The notes under the pieces: model-generated
Database searches by the model: none
The model's input: the letters and a program-made list of their open reading frames with translations, nothing else
Told to the model about the DNA's origin: nothing
Made by a program: the position numbers and the translations under genes
Part shown: positions 1 to 10,235 of the stretch, in pieces
Layout of the letters: every line of letters starts with the position of its first letter
Position numbering within the stretch: the stretch's first letter is position 1
Origin: Alphaproteobacteria bacterium
GTDB lineage: Bacteria; Pseudomonadota; Alphaproteobacteria; SMXP01
Direction of reading: 5' to 3'
Assembly (NCBI GenBank): GCA_965214255.1
Contig: OZ243948.1
Coordinates: 516,916 to 580,915 of the forward strand
DNA: 64,000 nt

Positions 1-602
1 CGCTGGTAAGTGTGTTTGCGATTGCCCTGTTGCAAATTGATCTGACGATACAAGCCGTTGCGGTCACGATCATTGGAGCCGTCTGTGTTTCGCTCCTCTC
101 TTTAGCGACGTCCGGCAGTGTTTTTTGGCCGCTTCTCGGAACCATGTACACGACATTGCCCTGCTTGGGGTTTGTCTGGATCCGCAGCCTCCCGGATTAT
201 GGACTTCAAATCGCAATTTCTCTCTTGTTTGTCATTTGGGCAACGGATACGGGCGCCTATCTGACCGGGCGAACGGTCGGCGGACCCAAGCTGTTCCCTC
301 GGCTGTCGCCATCGAAGACTTGGGCGGGGCTGGCCGGTGCTGTTTTCTCGGCATCCGTTTTTGCCGGCGGCGCCGCGTTTCTTTGGGGTGTCGCCCCTCT
401 TTTTCTTTACGCTGCCCTCGGAGCCTTTTTGGGTCTTTTTGGGCAGTTGGGAGATTTTGCCGAGTCCGCGGTTAAGCGTCATTTTCGTGCGAAAGATACC
501 AGCGGATTCATACCGGGCCATGGGGGGGTCCTGGATCGTCTGGACGGGCTCATGTTTGCAGTCCTGGCCGTAAGCCTGATAATGCTACTGAGCAGTCTAT
601 AA
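1..602 (+). CDS. cdsA: Phosphatidate cytidylyltransferase CdsA, C-terminal part (5' end outside window)
   Basis: Translation contains the CdsA signature 'TGAYLTGRTVGGPKLFPRLSPSKTWAG' and 'IPGHGGVLDRLDGLMFA'. It sits upstream of dxr-rseP-bamA, the usual order. The ORF reaches the window start with no evident start codon. Confidence 0.8.
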   Translation, partial: LVSVFAIALLQIDLTIQAVAVTIIGAVCVSLLSLATSGSVFWPLLGTMYTTLPCLGFVWIRSLPDYGLQIAISLLFVIWATDTGAYLTGRTVGGPKLFPRLSPSKTWAGLAGAVFSASVFAGGAAFLWGVAPLFLYAALGAFLGLFGQLGDFAESAVKRHFRAKDTSGFIPGHGGVLDRLDGLMFAVLAVSLIMLLSSL

Positions 603-637
603 ACACCGAATCGCAGCGTTTCTTCAGGCGGGTAATC

Positions 638-1897
638 ATGGACACACGGTCTTCAACCGCTTCGCCCATCGACCAATGGCTGGGCAAGGTTGTCGCAAGC
701 CGAACGATAACGGTCTTGGGTTCAACCGGTTCCGTGGGCCGCAATACGCTTGATTTGGTGATGAGAGCGAGGCAAGCCATCGGCAGTGAGGCATTTCCCG
801 TTCAAGCCCTTACCGCGCAAAAAAATGTCGATCTCCTGGTTCGGCAAGCTTGCACTATTCGTCCAAAATCTGCGGTCATTGGAGATCCGAGCCTGTTTGG
901 CAAATTGAAGGAAGGATTGGACGGGACGGGCGTTGAAGCGGCGGCGGGGGGAGCGGCGCTTGTCGAGGCTGCGGACCGGCCAGCCGAATGGGTTATGGCT
1001 GCGATAGTCGGCGCGGCGGGTTTACCTTCTGCGCTCAGGGCCGTAGAACGCGGAGCTTCGGTGGCTCTGGCGAATAAAGAGTGTCTCGTCTGCGCGGGAT
1101 CGCTTTTCATGCGGACGGTAGAAGAAACCGGAGCAACGCTGCTCCCGGTTGATTCGGAACATAACGCAATATTTCAGGTTTTCGATTATGACCGTCCTGA
1201 AACAGTGGAGGGTCTCATTTTAACGGCGTCCGGCGGGCCCTTTAGAACCTCGTCTCTCGAAGAGATGGCGGCGGCGACTCCGGAACAAGCGATGGCGCAT
1301 CCAAACTGGTCAATGGGTGCTAAAATTTCGGTCGACTCGGCAACAATGATGAACAAGGGTTTGGAGTTGATCGAGGCTTCGTATCTGTTTCCGGTCGATC
1401 CGGAACGGATTGAGATATTGTTTCATCCTCAATCCATTGTGCACAGTTTGGTGAGATATATTGACGGGTCGGTATTGGCCCAACTGGGAACACCGGACAT
1501 GCGTATTCCGATAGCGAGCGCTTTGGCATGGCCTGATCGGATCCCGACCCCATCTGATCGGTTGGACCTTGGAACCGTTGAGACCTTGAGCTTTGAATCG
1601 CCTGATTATCATCGCTTTCCGGCCTTGTCGCTCGCTCGTCAGAGCTTGCAAAGCGGTGGGGGTGCGCCTACTATTCTCAACGCCGCAAACGAAGTGGCTG
1701 TTCGAGGCTTTCTTGATCGACAAGTAGGTTTCTTGGACATTGCCGCAATTGTCGAGAAAACTTTGGAAGAACTTTCTCCAAGAGTGGAAGAGGCGCATCT
1801 CAATGACTTTGAAGATGTGACCAATTTGGACGCACGTGCACGAACTGAAGCGAAACGCCATGTCGATGACATTGCCGACACGACTCGGAGATTATGA
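638..1897 (+). CDS. dxr: 1-deoxy-D-xylulose 5-phosphate reductoisomerase
   Basis: N-terminal NADPH motif 'VLGSTGSVGRNTLDLV', 'LANKE', and typical length of about 400 aa. Conserved cdsA-dxr-rseP order. Confidence 0.9.
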   Translation: MDTRSSTASPIDQWLGKVVASRTITVLGSTGSVGRNTLDLVMRARQAIGSEAFPVQALTAQKNVDLLVRQACTIRPKSAVIGDPSLFGKLKEGLDGTGVEAAAGGAALVEAADRPAEWVMAAIVGAAGLPSALRAVERGASVALANKECLVCAGSLFMRTVEETGATLLPVDSEHNAIFQVFDYDRPETVEGLILTASGGPFRTSSLEEMAAATPEQAMAHPNWSMGAKISVDSATMMNKGLELIEASYLFPVDPERIEILFHPQSIVHSLVRYIDGSVLAQLGTPDMRIPIASALAWPDRIPTPSDRLDLGTVETLSFESPDYHRFPALSLARQSLQSGGGAPTILNAANEVAVRGFLDRQVGFLDIAAIVEKTLEELSPRVEEAHLNDFEDVTNLDARARTEAKRHVDDIADTTRRL

Positions 1898-1904
1898 ATA
1901 AATC

Positions 1905-3083
1905 ATGGATTTTCTGACGGATATATTGGGTTACGCCGGTTCCTTCCTCTCTTATCTCTTACCGTTTCTGTTTGTTTTGACGGTTGTGGTGTTTTTTCAC
2001 GAGTTGGGGCATTTCGGCGTAGCGAGATATTTCAAAACTCGTGTTGATGTATTTTCTATCGGGTTCGGTCGGGAAATCCTGGGATGGCAGGACCGTTCCG
2101 GAACGCGTTGGCGTATCAGTTGGCTTCCTCTTGGCGGTTACGTCAAATTTTTCGGTGACGAAAACGCCGCCAGCACTCCCGATCGGGAGTTTTTGGCGCA
2201 ACGGGAAATAGTCATGACCGAGAATGAGAGAGCGGCTTGCTTTCACTTCAAACCTCTGTACCAAAGAGTTCTAATCGTCGCGGCCGGACCGATCGCCAAC
2301 TTTATATTGGCGATTGTCATTTTTGCCTTTCTTTTTTCCGTTATCGGTGACCGCGTTCTGAATGCGCGGGTCGACGGGATCCAGCCCGGCAGCGCGGCGG
2401 AAGAAGCAGGGTTGCAAGTTGGGGACGTCATAATGGAAATTGACGGCACCACGATCGATTCGTTTTCGGATCTTCAGCGCATCGTAAGTCTGAGTGCGGA
2501 TACACCCATCAGAATCGCCGTTCAACGGGGGGAAGACCTGTTGGAATTTACGGTTACTCCGAAGCGGGCGGAAATTGAAGACCGCTTCGGCAACGTCCAT
2601 CGCGTGGGCTTGTTGGGAATAAATCGTCAGATAACGTCCGAGACGGTGCCCATCCGGCACAATCCCGTTGTGGCGCTTTGGATGGGTGTTCAGGAAACCT
2701 GGTTCGTCATAGATCGTACATTTGTTTATCTGATGCGAATCATTACAGGCAAAGAGGATGCGGATCAGCTCGGAGGGCCGTTGCGTATAGCGCAGGTGTC
2801 CGGCCAGGTCGCGACATTAGGTATTGTGCCTCTTATAAATCTCTGCGCCGTTTTGTCGGTCAGCATCGGTCTCATCAACTTGTTCCCGATTCCGATGTTG
2901 GATGGGGGGCATCTTCTCTATTACGGATATGAGGGCATTGCCGGGGAACCTCTCAGCAAACGTGCTCAAGAGTTTGGTTTCCGGGTGGGGCTGGCCCTCG
3001 TTCTTTGCTTAATGATTTTTGCAACTTGGAATGATCTTGTTCATCTTCCTATTTTTGACGGTTTTACTGGGTTGTTTCTTTAG
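1905..3083 (+). CDS. rseP: RIP (regulated intramembrane proteolysis) zinc metalloprotease RseP (site-2 protease)
   Basis: 'HELGHF' zinc-binding motif near the N-terminus, a PDZ-like central region, and C-terminal 'NLFPIPMLDGGH'. About 390 aa, upstream of bamA. Confidence 0.9.
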   Translation: MDFLTDILGYAGSFLSYLLPFLFVLTVVVFFHELGHFGVARYFKTRVDVFSIGFGREILGWQDRSGTRWRISWLPLGGYVKFFGDENAASTPDREFLAQREIVMTENERAACFHFKPLYQRVLIVAAGPIANFILAIVIFAFLFSVIGDRVLNARVDGIQPGSAAEEAGLQVGDVIMEIDGTTIDSFSDLQRIVSLSADTPIRIAVQRGEDLLEFTVTPKRAEIEDRFGNVHRVGLLGINRQITSETVPIRHNPVVALWMGVQETWFVIDRTFVYLMRIITGKEDADQLGGPLRIAQVSGQVATLGIVPLINLCAVLSVSIGLINLFPIPMLDGGHLLYYGYEGIAGEPLSKRAQEFGFRVGLALVLCLMIFATWNDLVHLPIFDGFTGLFL

Positions 3084-3125
3084 GCCCCAAGTAGAAATCC
3101 CTCGGGAGGGTGGACCCACTTATCC

Positions 3126-5444
3126 ATGAAAAGCGTTAGCAGATCCGTGCTTCACATAATCGTTGCCGGCTTGCTGGCGACGTTTTGCTCGTCCCCCATT
3201 TCGTGGGCTCAAACCGATATTTCAGAAAGTGGTAAAGTCGCTCGGATTCTGGTTGAGGGAAATCAGCGGATCGAATCTGCCACCGTCATTTCCTATTTGG
3301 TCATTGAACCCGGCGACGACTTTGATCCGGTAACTATCGACTTGTCATTGAAGACCTTGTTTGCAACCGGTCTGTTTGCCGATGTTGCCATCTTCCGCCG
3401 AGCAAGTGATCTTGTAGTTGCGGTTGTCGAGAATCCCATAATCAATCGCGTTGTATTCGAAAATAATAATGCTCTTGATGATGAAGATCTAGCTGAAGAA
3501 ATTCAGCTACAGCCGCGAATTGTCTACACTAGGGCCAAGGTTCAAGCCGATGTTCAAAAGATCATCGAAATGTATCGCCGAAAAGGGCGATTTGCGGCAA
3601 CCGTCAATCCCAAAGTCATTCAATTACCTCAAAACCGTGTCGATCTCGTGTTTGAGATCGGCGAAGGACCGGTGACAGGTGTCCGAAAAGTCAATTTCAT
3701 CGGCAATGAGCGATTTGATGACGGTGATCTGAAAGATATCATCGTTACTGCGGAGTCCAAATGGTGGAATATTCTTGAAACAAATGACAATTATGATCCG
3801 GATCGACTTGCTTTTGACCGGGAGCAACTCCGCCAGTTCTATTTATCCGAGGGTTATGCCGATTTCAGGATCATTTCGGCGGTCGCCGAACTCACGAGAG
3901 ACCGTGAGGATTTCATCATTACGATTACCCTCGATGAAGGTGAGCGCTACAAATTTGGTGCGGTGACAATCGAAACGGAACTGGAAGAGCTCAATGAAAA
4001 TCAGCTGCTGAATTTGGTTTCGTTCGAAGAAGGCGACACCTACAATGCTGATGAAATAGATGACATCGTTGAAGCTCTCACCTTTGCGGCCGGGGCAACG
4101 GGTTATGCATTTGTCGACGTCAGGCCCCGTCTTAGACGGGATCGGGAAAACCTCGTTATCGATATTCTGTTCCAGATTGTCGAAGGTCCGCGAGTGTATA
4201 TCGAGCGCATCAATATCAACGGAAACGTTCGCACGCTGGATGAAGTCATTCGCCGTGAATTCCGCCTCGTTGAGGGTGATGCATATAACAAGATCTTGAT
4301 CGAGCGGTCGCGCATCCGAATCCGGGGCTTGAACTATTTTAGAGAGGTTGAAGTAACGGAAGAACCTGGTACGGCCGCCGACAAGACGGTCATCAACGTA
4401 CAGGTGGCGGAGCAATCCACAGGTGAATTGTCGATCGGGGCGGGTTTTTCATCCACTGACAATTTCATTGCCGATTTCAGCATTGCCGAGCGAAACCTCT
4501 TGGGACGAGGGCAGTTCTTGCGTCTTCGATTTACCATTAGCGGTCGGCGGCAGCAGATTGATCTCCGTTTTACAGAACCCTATTTTTTGGATCGTCAACT
4601 GGCCGCAGGCTTTGACATCTTTCAGGTGAGAACGGACTTTGAAGATGAATCCGGGTTTAAAACGGAAAGTCGTGGTATCGGTCTCCGCACAGGTTTTCCG
4701 TTGACGGAATATTCAAGCGTGGGCATCCGCTATACTTTTCGACAGGACGATATTGAAGTCTCCGACTTTCTCTGTACGTCGGGGATTATCTCCATTCGTG
4801 TATGCGATCAACGCGGTAAAGGGACCACATCGGTCGTGGGCTACACATGGAGCATAGACAGACGTGATGATCCTATTGAGCCCACGCGCGGGTGGGAAGC
4901 GACGATATCACAAGACTTTGCCGGTGTAGGGGGGAGCGTTCGCTATATCCGCAGCGAAGCCGGCGGCGGCGTTTATTACCCCTTGTTTGCAGGCATCGTC
5001 GCAAGTCTCACGGTGACAGGCGGCTATATCAAAGGATGGGGGGGTGAGGATGTTCGGCTGAATGACCGCTTTTACAAGGGGGGAGGTAGTTTCAGGGGCT
5101 TTGAGATATCCGGTATAGGCCCTCGCGATTTGACGACAGATGATGCGCTTGGCGGCAATTTGTATGGAATAGGAACGGTTGAGTTGAGTTTTCCGTTGGG
5201 ACTGCCCGAGGAATTTGGTATGAATGCGGCGCTGTTTGCCGACTTTGGAACTTTGGGTAAACTGAATAAAAGTGATTTGGGTCCCGGCATTGTGGATGAT
5301 CTTTCACTTAGAGGATCGGGCGGTGTAAGCATCTTTTGGGATTCCCCATTTGGACCGGTGCGCTTCGACTTCGGTCATGCTTTTCTCAAGGAAAGCTACG
5401 ATAAAACAGAGAGTTTCCGATTTGGTGTCGGCACGAGGTTTTAA
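3126..5444 (+). CDS. bamA: Outer membrane protein assembly factor BamA
   Basis: 772 aa with a signal peptide, repeated POTRA-like segments and a C-terminal beta-barrel ending in '...FRFGVGTRF'. Conserved rseP-bamA-skp-lpxD order. Confidence 0.95.
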   Translation: MKSVSRSVLHIIVAGLLATFCSSPISWAQTDISESGKVARILVEGNQRIESATVISYLVIEPGDDFDPVTIDLSLKTLFATGLFADVAIFRRASDLVVAVVENPIINRVVFENNNALDDEDLAEEIQLQPRIVYTRAKVQADVQKIIEMYRRKGRFAATVNPKVIQLPQNRVDLVFEIGEGPVTGVRKVNFIGNERFDDGDLKDIIVTAESKWWNILETNDNYDPDRLAFDREQLRQFYLSEGYADFRIISAVAELTRDREDFIITITLDEGERYKFGAVTIETELEELNENQLLNLVSFEEGDTYNADEIDDIVEALTFAAGATGYAFVDVRPRLRRDRENLVIDILFQIVEGPRVYIERININGNVRTLDEVIRREFRLVEGDAYNKILIERSRIRIRGLNYFREVEVTEEPGTAADKTVINVQVAEQSTGELSIGAGFSSTDNFIADFSIAERNLLGRGQFLRLRFTISGRRQQIDLRFTEPYFLDRQLAAGFDIFQVRTDFEDESGFKTESRGIGLRTGFPLTEYSSVGIRYTFRQDDIEVSDFLCTSGIISIRVCDQRGKGTTSVVGYTWSIDRRDDPIEPTRGWEATISQDFAGVGGSVRYIRSEAGGGVYYPLFAGIVASLTVTGGYIKGWGGEDVRLNDRFYKGGGSFRGFEISGIGPRDLTTDDALGGNLYGIGTVELSFPLGLPEEFGMNAALFADFGTLGKLNKSDLGPGIVDDLSLRGSGGVSIFWDSPFGPVRFDFGHAFLKESYDKTESFRFGVGTRF

Positions 5445-5449
5445 TAAAA

Positions 5450-6082
5450 ATGACGAGTATTCGACATAACGGCACAGTGTGCATTACCGCGGCCCTGACG
5501 GGCCTTTTTTCCCTTATCGTGGTCGGTGCGGGCATCGGCTTTTTGATGCCGAAAGCTGACGCCCAAGTAACCATACCCATAATTTTGGTACTGGACCGAG
5601 CGCAGTTACTTGGTGAATCGGATGCGGGCAAGAATATAACCGAGCAGGCCAAAGAATTGCAGGAATTAATTGCCAAAGAGCTTCAGGAAGAATTCGACGC
5701 GCTGAAGAAAGAAGAAGAACAACTTATTTCCCAACAATCATTACTGGCGCCGGAAGTGCTTCAGGAACGGGCCCAAAAACTACAAATCAAACAGCGCGAT
5801 TTTGAGATCACCAGACAAGTGAAAAACCGAGAGTTTCAAGCTTCAATTGCGCGTGCGCAAAACGAGATTGGTAAAGTGCTTGAACCAATTCTCGGTGACA
5901 TCATTACGGAAAGGTCCGGTACGATTCTGATCGATCGATCAAATATCATGTTTGCCATTCCCGATATTGATGTGACGCCCGTGGCACTTAGACGCCTCAA
6001 CGAAAAACTTCAGACCGTCAAACTTGAACGCGTCAAACTTGAAGTGTCTGCAAACGGCGAATTCACCGAGACGGTAGAATAA
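5450..6082 (+). CDS. skp: OmpH/Skp-family periplasmic chaperone
   Basis: About 200 aa with a signal peptide and long coiled-coil-like K/E/Q-rich segments. Located between bamA and lpxD. Confidence 0.75.
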   Translation: MTSIRHNGTVCITAALTGLFSLIVVGAGIGFLMPKADAQVTIPIILVLDRAQLLGESDAGKNITEQAKELQELIAKELQEEFDALKKEEEQLISQQSLLAPEVLQERAQKLQIKQRDFEITRQVKNREFQASIARAQNEIGKVLEPILGDIITERSGTILIDRSNIMFAIPDIDVTPVALRRLNEKLQTVKLERVKLEVSANGEFTETVE

Positions 6083-6177
6083 GAATTCACGAATCTCTCC
6101 GTGGCTTCGAAGGGCCGCTTTGTCCATCCGAACTACCTTGACAAGTCCGAGTTCGATAGGAGAAGTCTGGCGGCGGC

Positions 6178-7212
6178 ATGTTGGATCAACGGTTTTACAA
6201 CCAAACAAATCCTCTTACGTTGAAGGCCATTGGCCGGTTGACAGGCGCTTGTCTTGCCGCAAATGCGGACCCTGAAAAGGTGATTGTCGGTGTTGCACCG
6301 CTCCATTTGGCAACCTGCGATGAGATCAGTTTCCTGATTGACGAAAAAGACCTGGAAAATCTTTTGTCTTCAAGGGCCGGAGCCTGCTTCTTATCCGAGC
6401 CGTTGGCCGACCATGCACCAAGTTCCATGTGCGTCATGATCACGCCCGACCCACAAGCCGCTTACGCGCGTGTTGCACATGAGATTCACGAAACCCTTCC
6501 ACTCCTCCCTCCAGCCGTGAGTCCCCATGCCAATGTGTCCTCGACAGCTCGGCTCGGCTCAAACTGTACAATCTGTACTGGAGCCACAATTCAGGACGAT
6601 GCCCGGTTGGGGGACGGTTGTTTTGTCAATTCCAATTCAGTGATCGGCTCTGGTGTGCGGATGGGTACGAACGTCTTCGTCGGGTCCAACGTTTCGATTA
6701 CCTACTGTTTGATAGGCGACAATGTGAGAATTCATAATGGTGCACAAGTCGGCCAGGATGGTTTTGGCTATACGTCAAGCACAAGCGAGCATTTGAAGAT
6801 TCCTCAACTGGGTCGAGTGATTATTCAGGATAATGTCGAAATCGGTGCGAATACGACAATTGATAGGGGAGCAGCAGACGATACTGTGATTGGAATCGGT
6901 ACAAAAATAGATAATTTGGTCCAGATTGGTCACAACTGCAAAATAGGAAGAAACTGCATTCTTGTGTCGCAGGTCGGCTTGTCGGGAAGCGTCACGGTAG
7001 GAGATTTTGTCGTGCTGGGTGGAAAAGTTGGTGTAGCTGACCACGTGTCGATCGGTAAAGGAGTGCGGGTGGCAGCCAAGTCCGGCGTGACAAACGATAT
7101 TCCTTCAGGCACCACTTATGGAGGTTTTCCGGCAAGGCCAATTGCCGAATGGCGCCGTGAAGTGTCAGCGATTAGGCGACTCGTCAAAAGACCTTACAGC
7201 GAAAAGAAATGA
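6178..7212 (+). CDS. lpxD: UDP-3-O-(3-hydroxyacyl)glucosamine N-acyltransferase
   Basis: Left-handed beta-helix hexapeptide repeats (a region rich in 'IG.N..I' motifs) and about 340 aa. Position after skp. Confidence 0.9.
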   Translation: MLDQRFYNQTNPLTLKAIGRLTGACLAANADPEKVIVGVAPLHLATCDEISFLIDEKDLENLLSSRAGACFLSEPLADHAPSSMCVMITPDPQAAYARVAHEIHETLPLLPPAVSPHANVSSTARLGSNCTICTGATIQDDARLGDGCFVNSNSVIGSGVRMGTNVFVGSNVSITYCLIGDNVRIHNGAQVGQDGFGYTSSTSEHLKIPQLGRVIIQDNVEIGANTTIDRGAADDTVIGIGTKIDNLVQIGHNCKIGRNCILVSQVGLSGSVTVGDFVVLGGKVGVADHVSIGKGVRVAAKSGVTNDIPSGTTYGGFPARPIAEWRREVSAIRRLVKRPYSEKK

Positions 7213-7297
7213 CGGGTCTCATCGCTTGGCGACATATGTAAAAACATATCAATCAACAAGCCGTATTTTCAAAAGCAACGTTTTCTAAGGTACGTGC

Positions 7298-8095
7298 ATG
7301 GCAGATATACATCCAACATCCATCATAGAGGACGGCGCAGAATTGGGAGAGGGGGTGGTTATTGGCCCCTATTGCGTGGTTGGTCCGCACGTGAAGTTAG
7401 AAGCAGGGGTGCGTCTAGTGTCCCATGTTGTCGTAACGGGGCATACATGGATGGGAAAGGATTGTGTCGTCTATCCATTTGCATCTCTTGGTCATCCCCC
7501 TCAGCATTTAAAATACAAAGGAGAGGAAACACGCCTGCGAATTGGCGCGAACAATGTTATCCGCGAGCATGTCACGATGAATCCGGGGACCGCTTTAGGG
7601 CGCAATGAAACTATCGTCGGCAACAACGGGTATTTTATGATTGGTAGCCATGTGGCGCACGACTGCATTGTCGGAGACGAAGTCATATTTGCCAACAACG
7701 TAACTTTGGGAGGACACGTTACCGTTGGCAAGTACGTTATGATGGGAGGTCTATCCGCTGTGCAACAATATATTCGAATTGGTAATTACGCTTTTGTGAG
7801 TGGAATGTCGGGGATCACGGCAGACGTGATTCCCTACGGATTGATTCAAAGAACGTCTTGGCTTGCGGGTTTGAACATCGTTGGGATGAAGCGGCGAGGA
7901 CTGTCACGGGAGAAAATCCACGAATTGCGAAACGCATATCGCTTGCTTTTTGCTCAAGAAGGCACTTTCCAAGAACGTCTTCAAGATGTAGAGCAGAAAT
8001 TCTTGACCAATTTCGAAGTCATGGAGATCGTCAACTTTATCCGAGGAGCTTCCGACAGATCCATTATTTTGCCGCAACAAAGAATAGGCAGTTAA
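7298..8095 (+). CDS. lpxA: Acyl-ACP--UDP-N-acetylglucosamine O-acyltransferase
   Basis: N-terminus 'IHPTSIIEDGAELGEGVVIGPYCVVG' with hexapeptide repeats, 265 aa. Followed by lpxI and lpxB. Confidence 0.9.
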   Translation: MADIHPTSIIEDGAELGEGVVIGPYCVVGPHVKLEAGVRLVSHVVVTGHTWMGKDCVVYPFASLGHPPQHLKYKGEETRLRIGANNVIREHVTMNPGTALGRNETIVGNNGYFMIGSHVAHDCIVGDEVIFANNVTLGGHVTVGKYVMMGGLSAVQQYIRIGNYAFVSGMSGITADVIPYGLIQRTSWLAGLNIVGMKRRGLSREKIHELRNAYRLLFAQEGTFQERLQDVEQKFLTNFEVMEIVNFIRGASDRSIILPQQRIGS

Positions 8096-8100
8096 AGGAA

Positions 8101-8979
8101 GTGACCGTAACCGTATCCGATGACTCGAGTAGTCCAAAGCTCGGCATAATTGCAGGCGAGGGCAAGTTGCCTTTGCTGATAGCGGAAGCCTATCGTTCAG
8201 CTCGGAAACCGTACTTCCTTTTGGGAATTGAGGGCTTTGCGGCAGAGGTGGATATGGTGCCGTTTGAGCATGCCTTGACACCGCTCGGAGCAGTAGGTGA
8301 AGCCATAGATCTGCTGAAAACTAAGAACTGTGGCGCGGTTGTTATGGCCGGTCGCGTCATCCGGCCTGATCTTCAGAATTTGCACGTCGACCGATTGGGT
8401 GAACAGTTGATCTCAAGAATCGTTACGGCGCCTCGGCGTGGAGATGACCGGATAATGAGGCTGGTGATTGAGGCCATTGAAAATGAAGGATTTAGAGTCC
8501 TTGAAATAGAGGATGTTTTGGATGGCCTTACACTGCAGGCAGGTGTTTTAGGTCATATTTCCCCCGGCGTTGATGATCATGGAGATATCGAAGTTGCCAT
8601 TGAAGTTGTCCGGGAAATGGGACATCTGGATATCGGCCAGGGGGTCGTCGTTAAACAAAGGCAGGTGTTGGCCGTTGAAGCAGTGGAAGGTACGGACGCC
8701 ATGCTTGACCGATGCGCCACATTTCAAAACACATCCGAGGACAAAGACCGAACGCCGTGTGGCGTATTGGTCAAAATGCCGAAACCGTATCAGGAACGGC
8801 GGGCCGACCTTCCCGTGATCGGTGTGACGACCATAAATAAAACGGCTGCTGCCGGGTTGGCCGGCATCGCAGTTGCCGCGGGAGAGGTTTTCGTGATTGA
8901 CAAGGACTCCGTTGCAAAGGCTGCCGATGACCATGGTATATTTGTTTTCGGATTGCCGCACGATAGAATTGACAGGTGA
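8101..8979 (+). CDS. lpxI: UDP-2,3-diacylglucosamine pyrophosphatase LpxI (DUF1009 family)
   Basis: 'LGIIAGEGKLPLLIAEA' N-terminus is typical of LpxI. It lies between lpxA and lpxB as in alphaproteobacteria. The track ORF (from 7858) overlaps the lpxA 3' end, so the start was placed at the in-frame GTG at 8101. Confidence 0.75.
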   Translation: MTVTVSDDSSSPKLGIIAGEGKLPLLIAEAYRSARKPYFLLGIEGFAAEVDMVPFEHALTPLGAVGEAIDLLKTKNCGAVVMAGRVIRPDLQNLHVDRLGEQLISRIVTAPRRGDDRIMRLVIEAIENEGFRVLEIEDVLDGLTLQAGVLGHISPGVDDHGDIEVAIEVVREMGHLDIGQGVVVKQRQVLAVEAVEGTDAMLDRCATFQNTSEDKDRTPCGVLVKMPKPYQERRADLPVIGVTTINKTAAAGLAGIAVAAGEVFVIDKDSVAKAADDHGIFVFGLPHDRIDR

Positions 8980-10196
8980 ACATTCCACCAAGATCTTCGG
9001 ACTCGTCAAACCTCGACCGTAAAAGCAAAGTCCACATCATGCTGGTGGCAGGGGAACCTTCAAGTGACGCACTTGGAGCGCAATTGATGTCTGCGCTTCG
9101 TTTGTTGCACAGCGGCAATCTGGAATTTTCAGGTGTTGGCGGTCCTGCCATGTCGAAACAGGGTCTCAAGAGCCTCTTCAATTTCGATCAATTTGCACTT
9201 GTTGGAATCACACAAATCGTCCAGCGCGCTCCAACCCTGCTCAAAAGAATTCGAGAAATTACCGACTATGCTCTCGCGGCTACACCTGACGCCATCGTCT
9301 TGATTGACAGCAACGAGTTGAATCAGAGGATAGCGCAAAGGCTCAAAAGCAGGGGTTTTTTGCGTCCCATTGTTAAATTCGTGTCGCCGCAAATCTGGGG
9401 AAGCCGCCCGAACCGTGTTTTCAAAATTGCGCAAGTCTACGATCATATTTTGACTTTGTTGCCGTTCGAGCCTGCCTGCTACCAAAATACTTCTTTACTC
9501 GCTACATATGTCGGTCATCCCGTCACTGAACGCCGTCCCCAGCCAGGCAGTGGCGTCAACTTCCGTAAAGCCCACAACATTCCACATGATGAACTTCTGC
9601 TTGCCGTATTACCCGGTAGCCGCAGGAGTGAAATCAGACTTTTGTTACCGCTTTTTATGAAAACGGTCGAACTGCTGGCGCAAACGGTCCCCCAATTTGC
9701 AGTCGTCGTTCCGACCTTACCTTCTGTTCATGACAGAATTGTTGAAGTCCTAAAGACTTGGCCGGTCCAAGCAATAGTCGTGGTAACTGAAGAAGACAAA
9801 TATGCAGCGTTCGATGCATCAAATATAGCCCTGGCCGCTTCAGGCACGGTTACTCTAGAGCTTGCAATTGCTCAAGTACCCATGGTCGTTGGATACAAGA
9901 TAGACCGGCTGGGAGCGATGATCTTCCGCCGTCTAATCATGGTTCGTCACATTACAATGGCAAACCTTATTCTGGGGCAAGAAATCATTCCCGAGTTTTT
10001 GCAAGAAAAGTGTAAACCTGAACTCATGGCCAGTGCCTTAGTCAAGTTGATAGAGGATGATACGGTCCGTAACGAGCAACTCGCTGCATTTGACTCCGTC
10101 ATTAATGAACTAACGGTGGAGGGTGAAAAGCCAAGCGTAAGAGCCGCGAGAGCCGTATTGGAAATCGCCGGTGTCTCTATTGTGCAAGCTAGTTGA
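8976..10196 (+). CDS. lpxB: Lipid-A-disaccharide synthase
   Basis: 'IMLVAGEPSSDALGAQLM' glycosyltransferase family 19 N-terminus. The ATG at 8976 overlaps the lpxI TGA (ATGA coupling); an alternative start is the ATG at 9039. Confidence 0.9.
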   Translation: MNIPPRSSDSSNLDRKSKVHIMLVAGEPSSDALGAQLMSALRLLHSGNLEFSGVGGPAMSKQGLKSLFNFDQFALVGITQIVQRAPTLLKRIREITDYALAATPDAIVLIDSNELNQRIAQRLKSRGFLRPIVKFVSPQIWGSRPNRVFKIAQVYDHILTLLPFEPACYQNTSLLATYVGHPVTERRPQPGSGVNFRKAHNIPHDELLLAVLPGSRRSEIRLLLPLFMKTVELLAQTVPQFAVVVPTLPSVHDRIVEVLKTWPVQAIVVVTEEDKYAAFDASNIALAASGTVTLELAIAQVPMVVGYKIDRLGAMIFRRLIMVRHITMANLILGQEIIPEFLQEKCKPELMASALVKLIEDDTVRNEQLAAFDSVINELTVEGEKPSVRAARAVLEIAGVSIVQAS

Positions 10197-10235
10197 GCAA
10201 AAGGGGGCTTCCTTCTGCCTCAATTGATTCAAGGC

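Noticed and set aside
7858-8100. Track ORF start at 7858 for the lpxI gene, overlapping the last 240 bp of lpxA
   Set aside because: The upstream extension has no LpxI-like sequence and would overlap lpxA heavily. The in-frame GTG at 8101 gives a typical-length LpxI starting just after the lpxA stop.
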